Part shown: positions 63,630 through 64,000 of the stretch, piece after piece
How positions within the stretch are numbered: the stretch's first letter is position 1
Layout: each line of letters begins with the position of its first letter
Assembly (NCBI RefSeq): GCF_963921235.1
Contig: NC_086108.1
Location: forward strand, 29,266,001-29,330,000
Reading direction: 5' to 3'
Origin: Mobula hypostoma
Taxonomy: Eukaryota
DNA: 64,000 nucleotides
Translations under genes and position numbers: made by a program
The notes under the pieces: model-generated
Databases searched by the model: none
The model's input: the letters and a program-made list of their open reading frames with translations, nothing else
Told to the model about the DNA's origin: nothing

Positions 63630-63935
63630 TCCCTGCATCATACATCTGCAGAAATTTGCTGAACTTTGTAGACATACCAAATCTCCTCAAACTCCTAATG
63701 AAGTAGAGCTGCTGCTGTGTCTTCGTCATGATCACAGCAATGTGTTAGGCCCCGGATAGATCCTCGAGATATTGACACTCAAGAACTTGACGCTGCCTTT
63801 CTCACCATTGACCCTTCAATGAGGATTGATGTGTGTTTTCCCTGACTTCACCTTCCTAAAGTCAATACCTTGGTCTTGGTCACGTTGACTGTGAGGTTGC
63901 TGCTTCCACTCAACCAGCCAATCTATCTCACCTCC
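63630..63935 (-). mobile_element. Rex1/Babar fragment
   Basis: Homologous to 7300-7430 and to the reverse of ~62590-62840. Confidence 0.6.
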
Positions 63936-64000
63936 TCACCTCCCATTTGTCAGTGTCCCAAAAGATATCAAAGGATTAGAATTGTTCTCTGCAGAACCAG

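Noticed and set aside
1..64000. Prokaryotic defence or retron-like RT system, rRNA genes or tRNA genes
   Set aside because: All RT motifs belong to eukaryotic retroelements, the tRNA-like boxes are SINE heads, and there is no operon structure.

Overview
This is eukaryotic, repeat-dense vertebrate DNA, not prokaryotic. The repeat complement (V-SINE/HE1-like SINEs, CR1 with (CTATGTTT)n tails, many Rex1/Babar and Penelope pieces) suggests a cartilaginous fish, which is my inference. I could not assign any host protein-coding exon with confidence, so the window reads as intergenic DNA or a very long intron. Most of it is nested transposable elements. CR1 LINEs include one full-length copy (~25998-30378, minus) with an intact esterase-type ORF1 and an ORF2 broken by two small deletions. 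Other retroelements are Rex1/Babar LINEs, an R4/Dong-like LINE in a TAA tract, a solo LTR carrying a 33-bp minisatellite and a Gypsy 3' end. DNA transposon derivatives are hAT/Buster, mariner, Tc1-like, Tigger-like and Harbinger types. The most unusual region is 31.9-42 kb. There a Rex1 LINE is split by a class I-like endogenous retrovirus (LTR-gag-pro-RNaseH-env remnant-LTR, with no RT). That provirus in turn hosts a ~1.8-kb fold-back Penelope element with a hammerhead-ribozyme motif near each end, a CR1 and a palindromic mariner MITE. Splice-type signals in unique DNA (one recursive-splice-like site and a few candidate exons) are low-confidence. Boundaries not anchored by a TSD or TIR are approximate.
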